Source: Alloascoidea hylecoeti
Lineage: Eukaryota
DNA length: 64,000 nt
NCBI GenBank assembly: GCA_001600815.1
Contig: BCKZ01000002.1
Location: forward strand, 889,725-953,724
Direction of reading: 5' to 3'
Position numbers and translations under genes: made by a program. A model generated the notes under the pieces. The model did no database searches and was not told where the DNA came from. It saw only the letters and a list, made by a program, of their open reading frames with translations. This document shows, piece after piece, positions 25,149 to 37,465 of this stretch; the first letter of the stretch is position 1; every line of letters begins with the position of its first letter.

Positions 25149-25993
25149 ATGCCTTTAAACATCCTTCATCATAAATCTTATCATGTTTATAATCGCAAAA
25201 ATATTGAAAAAGTGAAAAGAGATGAAAATCAAGCAAAAATTTATGAGAATGAGAAACGATCATTGCGTGAAAAGTTACAACGAGAGCAAAGGTTAAGATT
25301 GTTAAGAAACAGTAATGAAGAAGGCCAGGATGAGTTAAAACACGAGAATGATGTTATGATTGAGCCAATAAAACATGTTAACTTTTTTGAAGATGTTGAG
25401 GTAATTTTTATTTTCTAACAGCATTTCGTTCCATTATTATATATAATATCTAACCAAATATTTATAACTTTTAGAATCCGAGAAGTAAAGCGGCTAAAAA
25501 TATTGTACATGAAGAGAAATCACCATTCGCCAAACAGCGTAAGTAATAATTGTTTTATTATTTAATAAGAGAAAGACCTCTAAAGATTATAAATATAGCT
25601 GCTCCTTGGTATGAAAAGTCGAAAGTTAATAAGGAAGATTCAACGAAAAAATTTAGATATAAAAAAGTTGATCCTGAATTAGCAAAATCATTGCATGACC
25701 CATTAAATGAGATGAATAAATTTATACAACAGACAAAGCAGTATAGAATAAAACAAGAGGCTTTAGAAAGACAATTTGGGGTTACTAATAATATTGAAAC
25801 TTCATCTTCAAGTACTCATAATACTATGCAGCCAACTAATGATAAGTCTGGGTCTATTAAAAGAGATAAATCTCATAAAAAATCTATACACAAAATCCAT
25901 AAAGACGAACATCATTATAGGCATAATCACAGGCATGATCGTAGGCATCATACGCATCATCATAGACATTACAAAAAACAACTCAAGGAATAA
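25149..25993 (+). CDS. Cir_N-domain LENG1-like protein; exons 25149-25400, 25475-25538, 25599-25993
   Basis: MPLNILHHKSYHVYNRKNIEKVKRDE N-terminus plus HVNFFED, PWY and DPLNEM motifs. Introns GTAATT..CTAAC..TAG (phase 0) and GTAAGT..TAG (phase 1) join in frame. Confidence 0.8.
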
Positions 25994-26221
25994 ATATCTT
26001 TTATAAAATGAATATTTAAAAGAACAGAATACATATACCATATATTCCAATTAATGTAATAATATGAATTTACCACCAATGGTAAACATCAAAAATCAAC
26101 AACTTAATAATAAATAAAACAAAAGTCAATGTATAATAAACATACAGATTATAAAACAAAATTCAAAATATAATAAACATACAGATAATAAAACAATTCA
26201 ACTATATTACACCAAATTAAT

Positions 26222-26632
26222 TTATCTTGACTCTAGTAATGCATCATAATGTTTTTTTTCATCTCCTGACCTGATATATCTCTTAGGCAGCAACACAATT
26301 ATAGTGTTCTCGAGTTGTTCATATGGAACAACCCCTCCATCACTTTTCCAAGTTATATGATGAGGTAAATTTATCTGGTACCATTTAATAATAGATGATC
26401 TTTTTAAAAAAATAAAATGATCTCTGACTTCCAAAACCCGAACTTTCATTAATATAATTCTTGCATGTGGAATTGAATGAATCTCCAAGTTTCCAACATG
26501 ATCTGGCGGAAGTTGAATTGTTAATTTATAATAATAAGCATGTGATTCAATATCTATTACTCTTAAAGTTTCTATTGGTATTTTTGTACGGGTTGTATTT
26601 GAACTTGGGGATCTTGTGAGTGGTACAGCCAT
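26222..26632 (-). CDS. Divergent Hsp20/alpha-crystallin-like protein, paralog B (136 aa)
   Basis: CAAAATGG start context and TATAAAAAG about 110 bp upstream. IDIESHAYYYKLTIQLP...WYQINLP...NTIIVLLPK. Confidence 0.7.
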   Translation of the reverse strand: MAVPLTRSPSSNTTRTKIPIETLRVIDIESHAYYYKLTIQLPPDHVGNLEIHSIPHARIILMKVRVLEVRDHFIFLKRSSIIKWYQINLPHHITWKSDGGVVPYEQLENTIIVLLPKRYIRSGDEKKHYDALLESR

Positions 26633-29600
26633 TTTGAAAACAGTGTATCTTGGTGTTTTTTTTTTTCAATAAAGTAAAGATTATAAATTGGAAGGAAATA
26701 AAATGGCGAGAAAAGAGTAAGAATAAAGAGAGGAAGGAGACTTTTTATATTTACCAATCTTTTAGGTCATATACACATTTTTAGTCATTTTACTTCTTCT
26801 TCACCTTTCAGCATTCAAAAACAACCAATGATATACTTTTCTTACAGGACTTAATTTGGTCATTAAAAATAACTATCTGTTGCTGAGTATTGTTGTATCA
26901 ATCAGATGTGTCAAGGCAGTAAACTTCTGGTTGAAGTTAGCTTTACCCGATTTATCCTTCATTTCGGGTCGGCGGATCTTGCGATTGGATTCACATTCAA
27001 CCAAATACAATCCAAGGACCCATTATGGGTTCTTTTAAAACCTTAAATCTTAGTAATGTTCCAAAGCATCTTAGATTTCATCACTTTCAATCTCCTCTCT
27101 CTTGAAATACTTAAATATAATTCATGCTGTATAAAAAACCTTTCTCTTTGGTTCTTGTATTTCAAATTATGAGCTAGAAAACTTAAGATTTTTTAATGCA
27201 TACCACTATATTCTTCGAACAATTTTATTGTGATGATATAGTTATATATACACTGTTTCTTTATTAACTAATAAATTTTGGCCTAAATAATCGAATGATT
27301 TCCCATTTGGTTTTAACTACTAAATTAAAACGTCAAGTTTCTAAAATTTGAAATTCGTATTTTTAATTAATTAATGGTAGAGCTATTGATTAGACAATTA
27401 CAATATTAATTCATTCCAATTATCTGAAAATAGAATTTGCTGTCCCAAGAAGTCATGGATTATTTCTTTGTGAACTCTTTTCTAGGTATTCAAAAAAAAA
27501 AACTTATAATTATAATTATAATTAGTCATATTAAAGAAAAACGTCTATATATAATTAAATATATAATATTATTTACTGGGCAAAATGCATACAAAAGTTA
27601 ATTTATAATCTGAAGGATTGTATAGACTATTAACTAGCAATAAGAACAATGCCATAGCCACGTAAATAAAGGATTTTTTAATAGACTTCATGATTAAAGG
27701 TATTAATATTGGTCATACTTATTTCTATTCAAATGACTATGGCTATGCTCTTCTATATATATATATATATATATAGTTCAAAAAACTATTCTCGGAGAGT
27801 AATAATAAGATATCGATATAGTCTGGGAAAATACAATTAATGTAAACACGTACGATTGAATGAGTGATCCTTTTAAAATTAGTGAGGAATTATAAGAGTT
27901 ACAAACGGTCGTTACCTATATATGCCATGATTAGCAGGTTATCCTGATAAGAAGCTTATTCATCCTACAATCAATATCTTTCGATATTGCAATTGACAGT
28001 TAATGTTGCAATCTTTAAGTGACAAATAGACTAAACTTTATATTGTTGCACTATCGATGTGATGACAGTTGGGTGGGTATAATGCACTTTTTTTATCTCT
28101 ATACTATGGAAAAAATCTTTTCCAAGTATAATCGCAAAATCTTGAACATAAAGATATTTCTATAGCTCTATTATTGGTTTTAAGTGCTATGATCATATGC
28201 ATGATAGATAGGTAGACAGTCAACGGTTATATGTAACTATAATTCTAAAATTAGTACCAAACTTGTCAGTTATAGGTTTCTGCAAGTGAGTTCATTTTCA
28301 GGAACATAGTCAAATAGATATATTATTATAATGAGATTTTAACGTTAGGACAATTTAAAATCAAATTTTAATACTTGATTAATGTTCAATTTTCTCTATT
28401 ATCTTATAATCAGCATGCATATGGTTATATTATAATTGGCTTGTCTGCAACTGATAGCTAGTGATGACAGTTCTGACTTTTTCGGATACCAATATCGATT
28501 TTCAGTAATCATTAATTCGTTTTAGATCCAACTAATTAAAAGATAATCCAAAATAGTCATATATGGTTATATACAAGACTCTAGAGCTAAAATATAATTA
28601 TAGCTATTAATGTTGTCATTCGTGATTTCGTGATCATTTGCAAAATCTATATAAAATCCAAATATTAATAGACTCAAATAATACCCTCGCTAGACGTCTT
28701 TAAACTTTTTAAAAAATGGAATTGCAAGGCTCTAATTCCAACTCTAAATATTACAGTATTAATTTCAGTTGTAACCCACATTTACATGAAGTTTTAGTTA
28801 TAGCTATGAGTTTTTGACTAGCGGCAATAATAAGTTATAGCGATCTTAAAGATTGTAACTAATATTGTAGTGGTGGGTTCGAATGGCGGGGAACAGAAAA
28901 TATATATAGTATATCTCATGATTCAGACCCACATCATTTTCTAGAAGCTTAGATATAAGACTATATAATAGATAAGCCATTCATTATAATAAAGTTAACT
29001 ATAATAATATTGCACTTGCTTTTTAACTGGTATTTATAACCTTATATAATAGTTATATAATTATAGGCCTATAATATTTGATCTAAACTATCAGAGTATC
29101 TTACAGATGCATAAATATATAATGGCTACATAATATCCATCATGTTATTAAATTTCCATACTTCATCTTAAACATATACGTACATTATATTACTATCAAT
29201 CTAGATTTTTAAAAGTTATGTTTATATATATATATATATATCAGTTACTTTAATCGCTGTAGTCATGTTTTATTCACTATATATCAATATATATTTAATG
29301 GGTCATCAGTTAGAGTGCAAAGTCGTTCCAGTCAGAAAATTTTTGAGAGCATTCGAAATTCGAAATTTGAAATTCGATTTATAAATGGCTATGGAGAAAA
29401 GGTAAAACCTCGCCCATTTGGTCGGAGTAGGTCACACCTCTGCTTACACTGGGTTTGTAATGAAGCCATATGTGGACTAAGAGACGAGTCTGGATTCATT
29501 ACAGAATCTTCATTCAAGCTTTTGAAGGCTAGGTGGTGTTCTTCAGTATGACACTGTCACAATCCATAAATCAAAAGAAAAAAAAGAAGAAAAACAGGAG

Positions 29601-31267
29601 GAGGAGGAGGAAATTCAAATGGGACAATTGCGATGGCCTGTGTGCTTCATGGGCCTGATTCCCATTGAAAAACGTGTGGCACAAGATAGGAGACATGCAA
29701 TCATAGTATGGCGTCAAATAGATCAGGAATCGTCTTTAAAAACTATTTTCAATCCGCTAGATCAATCGCTTTTTGATCGGCTCATCACACCCCAAAGCAA
29801 TTACAGCGAGTTGACGCAACAAAAGAAGACGATATTTATCACTAGATTTTCCTCTAGTGATACTTAGGTAGGCTAAGGAACGTGATATCTATTTTGTTTG
29901 ATAATATTTCCTTGAGAATTGGTTCTTTAATCAAGATTTTATGTTTATAAACTGTATCAATATGTTTTTCAGAGTAAAACAAAATGACCTTATAACTAAC
30001 TACGGATGACTGTATATTATAAATGTATCCTTTGCCAGTTTTTATACCAGTATGCTGCATATAAATTTGTTCTTTGTTCTTCAATGTCATTGTACCGGCT
30101 GCCTCAAGATTTTGCAATACTGTTCCTTAAAATTATTGCTTTACATAATATATATTAATTACGTAATACTTCCATATCTATATTTTCTGGTTTAAAATGA
30201 AAGTTTGCAATTGATTAATAGGGTTGTGATGTGTAGGCCTTACATATATGTAATAATTATGTATTACCAAATAGCCTCCAACATGGTGTCAATATTAGAG
30301 TTATATTTAGGCTCCCAATACTATACTATATTTAAATTTCTATAGGGTACTAAGTAGTCTCTGTGTTTGTGCCAGTACAAACTTAAATAATCATAGAATC
30401 CCCCAATCAATCTCATTTAATATTCGTAATGTAACCCTACTAGTAGAAGTTGAATAGTGGCCTGTTACAAGTTTAAATTCGTTCCACTGTACACCGTACT
30501 TCGCTTTTTTTCCGGCATAATGAAAAGGTGGAACATTACGCTACTTATTATTATTATTTTTACACATACACAGTTAGCCGAAAACTATGTATTTACAAAA
30601 TTTTCAAACAGATGAGCTCAGAAACTTATATATAGAAATGTACAGTATGATTGTATCTTTTCTTTAATCAATAAATCTAAAGTAGGCCTAGGGATTATTT
30701 GTGACAGTGACCATTTTTAATATATTGCAAACTATTCATGTCATTATTAAGCGAGTTAGATAACGAATTAATTTAAAAGATTTCTGCCAATTAAAGTGCT
30801 TTCAGGGGTCTTTTCTTATCAAGTGCCTTCCGTACGATTCTCAACTTGTCATTTGTGACGAACTTCGCATTCTGTAACCAATTTCCTCCCCAAAAGGAAA
30901 TAAAGATGGTAGTTGCGTTTTTACTCATTATATAATCGTATATTAGTCCTCAAAAAAGACAATACCGATAATACGACTACTCCTAGAAACTCCCTTCATC
31001 AAATAAATTTTTACATTTGAAATCAGAGTAAAAAAACATATAATTCACACATATATGGTATAAGACCATGGGGAACAAGCCATGACTTATTAATATTATA
31101 ATAAATAGTATAATCCACAACTATTAACACGTTGTAAATTGGAATTTAAATAAATAGATCCACAGTATCAGTAATACTCTCATTGTGATCGTGTAATCAT
31201 AATTATAATCAATAGAACTAATTATAACAGCTACCTATATCTAGTATACCGAGAAAAGCGCGTTCAC

Positions 31268-31624
31268 TTATAGCATAAATTCTTTCAACAAAAACACGTT
31301 TAAAATATCTCCGAATTTTGTAAATTCGTAAGAAATTGGATTTATTTTTGGGTCATCATCCCATGACATATCTTCTGGTAGTTGGACCAGGAACCATTTA
31401 ACTTTCCCGATTTTATTTAAAGATATGAACTCATCCATATATTCGATGATTATCCCCCTTATGAAAAGTGTGCTTGTGTATGTGTTTAGATAAATTTCCA
31501 ACTTATCTAACAGAATATAGGGAAATGGGATTGAAAATCTGTAGTACTCTGGATATGGTTCAATCTTAGAGACTTTAAGGGGTTGAATGGTGGATTTTCT
31601 GGAGCGTACAATTGGAATTGCCAT
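31268..31624 (-). CDS. Divergent Hsp20/alpha-crystallin-like protein, paralog C (118 aa)
   Basis: CAAAATGG start (MAIPIVRS, compare MAVPLTRS in B). KIEPYPEYYRFSIPFP...LFIRG...WFLVQLPEDM...GDILNVFLLK. Confidence 0.7.
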   Translation of the reverse strand: MAIPIVRSRKSTIQPLKVSKIEPYPEYYRFSIPFPYILLDKLEIYLNTYTSTLFIRGIIIEYMDEFISLNKIGKVKWFLVQLPEDMSWDDDPKINPISYEFTKFGDILNVFLLKEFML

Positions 31625-32715
31625 TTTGTGATTATAACTAACTCCACTCTTTTTATATTGTAAGGTGTAATATAATGAGAGATAGAAATGCAAACAAAAT
31701 TAGTTAAGAAATTTCTGGTTGTTTTTATAGTTTTTGAAATCTTATTATATGACATTAAATATTATAATTGAAGATCTATTGAAGATTATAATTTTTATAG
31801 ATCTAAAACACTTTCATGAGTGGAAACAGTGTATATTGGTTTGCAGAATAATAAAAATTTTGAAAATTTAATATTAACTGTCATCTGATTATTATTTTTG
31901 TGGGGATATATTGATTGAGCCATTTCATACATATGATCATGATGGAAATAGGTTGAATGGTCATGATAATGTTCCATAATTATATAAATTCATTGGCCTA
32001 ACGCTTATAATTAACAATATATTTATTTATATATATTTATTTTTAAATTTTGAAGTAAAGTCTTGAGATCTATATTTATATAATAACCTATAATAGGCAT
32101 TTTCATATAAATGATTATAATTAATGATAATATTGTGCGGCATGTTCTTATGTTCTATACCAGTACAATTTTTTTTTCACCTATTGTTAGGGATATTCTT
32201 AAGCAAAGGGTATGTGAATTAAATGGTGATCTATGCTTTAATTAATTAGCGAATCATCCAAAATTCTTCGATGACCTCTACACACCTTAATTGACACCTA
32301 AGTAAAAACTAGTAGTGATTTGTAAGAGAAGAGTTTGGTGATTGAATTATTCCATACACTCGGCGAATTAGATTAATAATTTTAAGCCAATTTCCCTAAC
32401 ATTAATCAGCGGATATACAAGATAATAATTAGTGTATTTAGTGGTTTCTCAGAATAGTTGTTAATCATAGTTCAAAACAATAACTAGCGATTTAACTAAA
32501 AGTTATATCGGATAATTTGCTAATTAATTTTCAATATTTTCACTAATAGGTCTTGACACTACTGCTACCAATTTTGAAAAAACTGTTATTATTTAGAACA
32601 TAAAAATATATCCATTCTGCACACTATGATTATGCATATAACTTTCATGACTATCGAATTTATTATAACTTAGAAAATAGAAAAGGGGGATTTAGATATT
32701 TCAAAAGTCAGATAC

Positions 32716-32956
32716 TAGGCCGCGCATCACCGAAACTCGAACACCAAACAAACACATTTTGGCGAACAGTATCGAAGCGGATTTTGACGATTACAAGGCA
32801 AACCCAAAGCTTTTCTTGACTGGCAAATAGGCGAGTCGTGGAGAGCTCATGAACAATCCAGGCGATATATATGATAATTTTTAGTAAAAACACGAGCAAA
32901 AAAGTACAGAAAGAATATATATAAAAACGCCAAATTTTTTGTCGATGCGTGGCCTA
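32716..32956. mobile_element. 241-bp non-autonomous hAT-type element (MITE)
   Basis: TIRs TAGGCCGCGCATC and (reverse complement) TAGGCCACGCATC match 12/13. Flanking 8-bp direct repeat tcagatac / ccagatac. Subterminal TTTGGCG / CGCCAAA. Confidence 0.8.
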
Positions 32957-34934
32957 CCAGATACAAGCATGTATAATCATTAATTAAAATGAAGTCAATA
33001 ATATTGGTGCAAAAGAAGAGAATTATTTTGTCACTTAAAACAAATTACAAAATGGCTATAACTAATTTTATAGTACAATTAGTAATTTGTTGGTTTCTAT
33101 AATTAACTAACCATGTCGATTAAGCAGTGAATAAAAAACATCTACCAGTGGAATATGTAGAGCTTGGATATTTACTAAAAGAAAGAAATTTCAAAAGGTA
33201 GAAAAGAAAATGGCACCTTTATTTCCTTTTTGGTAAAATGGTTACGGCGGGATGTCTCGAAATTCGCTCTCAGGCTAAACTCCAACTTCTGTTTTAGTAA
33301 TGGACAAGGGAAAATAAAGCTTTTCCTTGCTCTCTTTTCTATAGTTTAGTGTGTGGTATGTGTTGATTATAAGAAAGAGGTAACCTCCAATTGCAATATA
33401 ACGAATTATGCAGCGAATTATTATTTAAAAACAGGCCAATTGTACAGCTTACTGTGAGTGGCGAAAGAATCTTGTATTTTGGCTGTAACGGTGGTTCCAC
33501 TGGTATCATATTCTTATTATAATTAGTTGAAAGTATATCATCACAATAATAGCGCTATTAAATATTGTAGATAAATTGATATATATGTATATTATAAGGT
33601 TATATTGATGTGAATAAGAATATATATATATATGCAAAGACAAATTATCGGAATAATTATGAGGTTATATCGGCACACCTTCCGACAGAAGTCTATATTA
33701 TACTATTGTAATTTAATCAACAATTACAAGAGTTATAAATCTAGATAAATTGACTCCCATAAGCTTATGTATACGGATCTCCGAAAACAGCATGATCATG
33801 TTTATTCACTATGACCAATACCATCACTATATAAAAAAAGATATAATAGCCATTCATAATATATAGTGAGCTCCTGATGGAGAAAGCTAAAACAGGAATT
33901 GGGATATATAATATTAATGTATGCAGCACGTAACCTAATATTAATTAATATCTTATACATATAGTTAAGATCATATTAACCTTGATCCTTCCACTATAAA
34001 CTAATTTAGGTTCTGAATTGGTACTATTTATTAATTGAAATTTCAAGCTTAATTATAATTAATCTTAAAAGTAATAGTTAACCATGAACTTTCCACATCA
34101 ATGGCCAACTCAATTATTTGCTGCTTCCCATTGTAAGTTGCATTTTTCTATAAACATGTATGTAGTAAATATGGTTATAAGAATACACTATTAACAATCA
34201 TTTGAATTCATATGTCAAATAAATGGTACATCTCTAACCGTGTTTCCGGACAGTAAATACGAACAGAAATCTCATTGCATTAATTGCAATTGGTCCCGAT
34301 TGGGAAACATAATATTATTGGATAAAATTTAGAGATAAAATATTATTATATTCTCACAATTAATATCGAAAATGCAATATAATGCTAACAAAAAATAGGG
34401 GAACCTTCGAGTGGCCATTTGGATTTGTTATATTTTAAGCCTTTGGATGACATTAGTACTAGATAGTAGGTATACTTAAAGAAAAAAAGTTTTATTTGGC
34501 ACCATATACTGAAATATATGTTATATTATGATTGCAAACATGTATACCAGTACGTCCTATAAGTATATTTATTTATATAAGATACGTGTAAGTCCAAGTG
34601 TAATATTTAATAGTTGTTCATATTCATAAAGTTAATTAATGTCATAATAATTATATATAATGTTACAATTTATATACATCTGGCTTACAATATTGATAAA
34701 TTTTACGAAGAAGGTTGAACGTTAATAGGCTTCGAAATATTCCTGATATTATGAAGTAGTAAATATCTTTTGATAGATTTTGAGTTAGCTATAGCTATAT
34801 GGGACCAATATAATAGCAAGATATACAAAAGCTATAATTAACTATTACTACGGTTCAGGAGAATGTTAATTATAGCAAAAGGATGGTCACCCCCATAACC
34901 CTATAAACGACACTTACTATTATTATGGGTCTGC

Positions 34935-35132
34935 TAAATAAAGGGTAAGTTACGCACCAACCGCCAGTTCAGAAAATCATCTCGAAATTTCATGCCCGGT
35001 AAAACTTTTTAAAATACCCAGATCCATACCAAAATGGCGTATAGCAAAACAAACCCCATCCCCCTGACCCATAAACTGAGAAATGCTCAAAATTTAGAAG
35101 ACCCAGTTGGTAAACCACGAACCCTTTACCTA
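34935..35132. mobile_element. Possible old MITE with degenerate TIRs
   Basis: taaataaagggtaagttacgcaccaac versus the reverse complement of the right end, taggtaaagggttcgtggtttaccaac. The interior is GC-richer than the flanks. Confidence 0.35.
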
Positions 35133-37013
35133 CATAATATATATATCATATTAATTAATTGGTTGCAGTTGAATATTAGATTTAAAATGATTATGGATTC
35201 TGATATATATCTAATATCCATAATTCTAAACTAGATCTAGAGCTCGATAGGACCATGTGTTGTGTTGTCATTTTATAAATTTTTTTTTTAGATTTACTTA
35301 TAATAAATATAATTACTGTTAAGACATATAGATATGAATATATTAATATTCAAATGCAAATATATCTGAAAAGTCTGAATCAGATTCGAAATTATCAATT
35401 ATTTTTCTAGAAGCTACAACAGCAAAATGTTGCGATTATATACGTTTATGTATAGATTCACACAGTGCACACATGAGCAGATACGCTGTAGTACACCATA
35501 TTTGGAAATTGATACAGGATCCTGATCAATATTGAACCCGTAGTAGATTTTGCAACTTTGTAATTGTTATACCTAAATATATTCTTCACCTATACTAATT
35601 TCTTATATACTTATATCTAAAATATACATGTAGTGTAGTGTTATCCGTGTAATTCTACCAATAAGCCTACACTTGTACGCCGTAACTAATTAATCATAAT
35701 ATAAATGTAACTGGTGACTTTAATTTTCACTGTGTCTATATTATGCATACCTAACTTGCAACTTTGTCGCTAGAGTACATTTATTATAATTAAGATATAC
35801 TACAATGGAATGGCTGACTACATTCATTTTTGTCATAAAAATCTAAAATAAATCTGCTTTTCTGAAGTACTAAGGTGTCAAATAAGGTGAAGTGCGACCA
35901 AGAAATATGTTCATTTAAATATACTAAGGTTAAGATAAATAGTTTTAGGTTCGTGCTTACACAAGTAGCTCATATAAGCTAAAGTTATAGATATTCATAG
36001 CACCACTTGTTTAGGTACCCAGATTTAATATATATATTCTTATTTTTATTCCTATGACCATATATAAAACACACAGCTGTGTTCTTGGGTTAATAAATCA
36101 TTAACCTTAAGCCCAGGAATATGTAATGGAATTCAATTAAGTCAATGATACAATAAGCACGACCCAACCGAATGGGAGTGTGGTGAGCTACAAACAATGT
36201 TCTATATAATCCATAATTGTGAGATATAAAATGAAGCTAGAATAGCGAGTGGTGTCTCAAATTACTACCGGTATATATGAAAGACAGACTGTTTGCACTA
36301 CAGCGGTCAATGTTTATTCACAGAAAAGACATAGATGATGTGCAATAAAATTGCAAAACTAGATCAGAAGTTTAAGTGCTCAAGTGAACTCCATTGAAGC
36401 ATCTAACATTCAGTAGAAGCCTGTCATACGTGATCAATCAATATATGCGAAAAAAAAGCAAAACAAACAAACAAACAAACAGGAGATAGGCCTCCAGCAG
36501 GAGTGAAACGAGTACTAAATAACGAGGTGTGACCAAATTCAATCTCTATTACTGTACGAAATACAGCCATAGGCAATCTATCCGTGGCTCATATTACATG
36601 TAAGTAGATAAATAAGCATATTCATATTCTAAGTTTACATTATCTGACCTTCTCTAGGTCTGGTCTGCTTTGTATAAAGCGTCTCTGTGCACCGCTTATT
36701 TCATACTTCCAAGCTTGATTGCGGCATTAAATCTGCCATATCAGTTTTTTTGAAGATTTTGATCATGATAATTTATAATAACATGATAGTGTTACCACTT
36801 TATACGAGCTCGAGTTTCACCTGGAACCACACTTCAACAGCTGAGGTAGTGTACAAATTGGAGAGCTAGGTTCAAGGATTCTGTCTTCAACATCAATTAG
36901 TGTAGGGTCTGTGGACTGTATTGTAAAAATTGAAATTGAAATTGATCTTGAGATAATAGTGCTATTGTAAGTATGCATATGCGTCATCGTATAAATGCCG
37001 TTTACGATTACAA

Positions 37014-37465
37014 TACATATACTGCGCGTCACTGAAAATAAACAACTTTTAGGAAAATCAAAAAAGTTTTAATACCCCTCGCGGAAAATGTGACCACGGC
37101 ACCAAAATTACTTCATTTATATATATTAAAGACGACAGAAGGTAAATAAGTGGCACATATCAATCTTATCATTTCAAATTAATTTTTGCATCTTTTGCCA
37201 AATATTTTATATATCTCTATCCCTTAACTATGTAGGCCTCCAGGTTTCGAGGCCATTCAAATAATTATATAAGAGGCATTGTAATGTTTGCATATAATCA
37301 TGTGCATTAAAACAATATGAACTTACCTTATCCGGGTGAGTAAATGCATATGCATGATGATATATTTCCTCATGGCGTATAGTATGTACCATTACATGCA
37401 TATTGATGAAGAAAAATTCGCGAGAAAAAAAAGTTGTTCATTTTCAGTGACGCCCATCATATGTA
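37014..37465. mobile_element. ~450-bp MITE with TA-bounded TIRs (Tc1/mariner-superfamily-like)
   Basis: gcgtcactgaaaataaacaactttt (37026-37050) versus the reverse complement of 37429-37453 matches 24/25. The outer tacatat also pairs. Confidence 0.7.

Noticed and set aside
28860..28900. GGGTTCGAAT T-loop-like motif
   Set aside because: No T stem or cloverleaf.
29264..36325. Recurring ATGTTT(T)ATTCAC motif at about 29266, 33798 and 36310
   Set aside because: Short and AT-rich, and no inverted partner was found.
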